From contig JAAOZO010000213.1 of the NCBI GenBank assembly GCA_011605715.1, positions 1-34,499 on the forward strand: a stretch of DNA of 34,499 nt. Direction: 5' to 3'. This document shows, piece by piece, positions 34,355 through 34,499 of the stretch. Both the position numbers and the translations under genes were made by a program. How positions within the stretch are numbered: position 1 is the first letter of the stretch; every line of letters begins with the position of its first letter. The notes beneath the pieces were generated by a model that saw nothing but the letters and a program-made list of their open reading frames with translations, had not been told where the DNA came from and searched no databases. The stretch is from Nitrososphaerota archaeon. Its GTDB lineage: Archaea > Thermoproteota > EX4484-205 > JAAOZO01.

Positions 34355-34499
34355 TTACTTGAGCTTCTTTAAAGCGTTGATTAATGCTTGCGACCTTGAA
34401 CCAAATCTTGTTGCACCAGCCTCATACAGTTTTAGCAAGTCTTCAAGATAGTTTACTGAGCCAGAAGCCTTGACCTTTATATCTTTTCCTACAGTATCA
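34355..34499 (-). CDS. C-terminal fragment of a DeoC-like class I aldolase (deoxyribose-phosphate aldolase family). The gene continues beyond the window end.
   Basis: My own minus-strand translation reads [47 protein letters not shown], with the stop at 34355-34357. It matches the DeoC tail pattern VKASGG(I/V)R..ED...M..AGA.R(I/F)G(T/S)S, including the Schiff-base Lys context. It is not in the ORF track because it is partial. Confidence 0.5.
   Translation of the reverse strand, partial: DTVGKDIKVKASGSVNYLEDLLKLYEAGATRFGSRSQALINALKKLK

Noticed and set aside
1-34499. A scan for CRISPR arrays, tRNA/rRNA genes, integrases, toxin-antitoxin pairs, restriction-modification systems or other defence-island hallmarks
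   Set aside because: No regularly spaced direct repeats were seen. There are no GC-rich cloverleaf-like segments, which would stand out in this AT-rich DNA. No ORFs carry integrase, nuclease/helicase defence or TA signatures. This was a manual scan and could miss short or degenerate elements.

Overview
This is an AT-rich, gene-dense segment: about 31 protein genes and roughly 90% coding by the ORF coordinates. It looks like ordinary chromosomal DNA from a (hyper)thermophilic archaeon, most likely a crenarchaeote or other TACK member. The support is TATA/BRE-like boxes 20-35 nt upstream of many start codons, an aKMT-like lysine methyltransferase, a rhodanese-less THUMP-ThiI, an M42/TET peptidase, and K/E/I-rich proteins. 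The taxonomic call is inference only.

Content from left to right:
- a frameshifted IS200/IS605 TnpB remnant at the window edge, abutting a mini-GNAT gene
- a 5-formyl-THF cyclo-ligase-like gene and a GDPD gene
- an orphan dethiobiotin-synthetase-like P-loop protein, divergent from a three-gene ABC module (ATPase, large CARDB/S-layer-like surface protein, FtsX/MacB permease)
- thiI, convergent with a Ddl-like ATP-grasp ligase
- a DUF47/PiT-like pair
- a 174-aa unknown, a TET aminopeptidase, an aKMT-like methyltransferase and trxB
- a QueT/ECF-S-like membrane protein, an RNase Z-like MBL hydrolase, an aldo-keto reductase and a NosD-like beta-helix surface protein
- an MFS transporter, a fucose-isomerase-family protein and larC
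- a tightly overlapping eight-gene histidine operon, hisG-D-C-B-H-A-F-I
- a GH38 alpha-mannosidase, an NADH oxidase/CoA-disulfide-reductase-family flavoprotein, and the 3' end of a DeoC-like aldolase

I saw no CRISPR array, tRNA, rRNA, integrase or recognisable defence island, and no convincing novel multi-gene system.

The items most worth a second look are:
- the last his gene, where HisI is fused to a type-I phosphoribosyltransferase domain in the position usually held by HisE
- a PiT-like permease with Asn replacing the signature Asp in both half-motifs
- the ABC plus surface-protein module
- an unusually long convergent intergenic region carrying a perfect inverted repeat
- a nested palindrome over the promoter of the orphan P-loop gene

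All homology statements come from motif recognition by eye. No searches were run.
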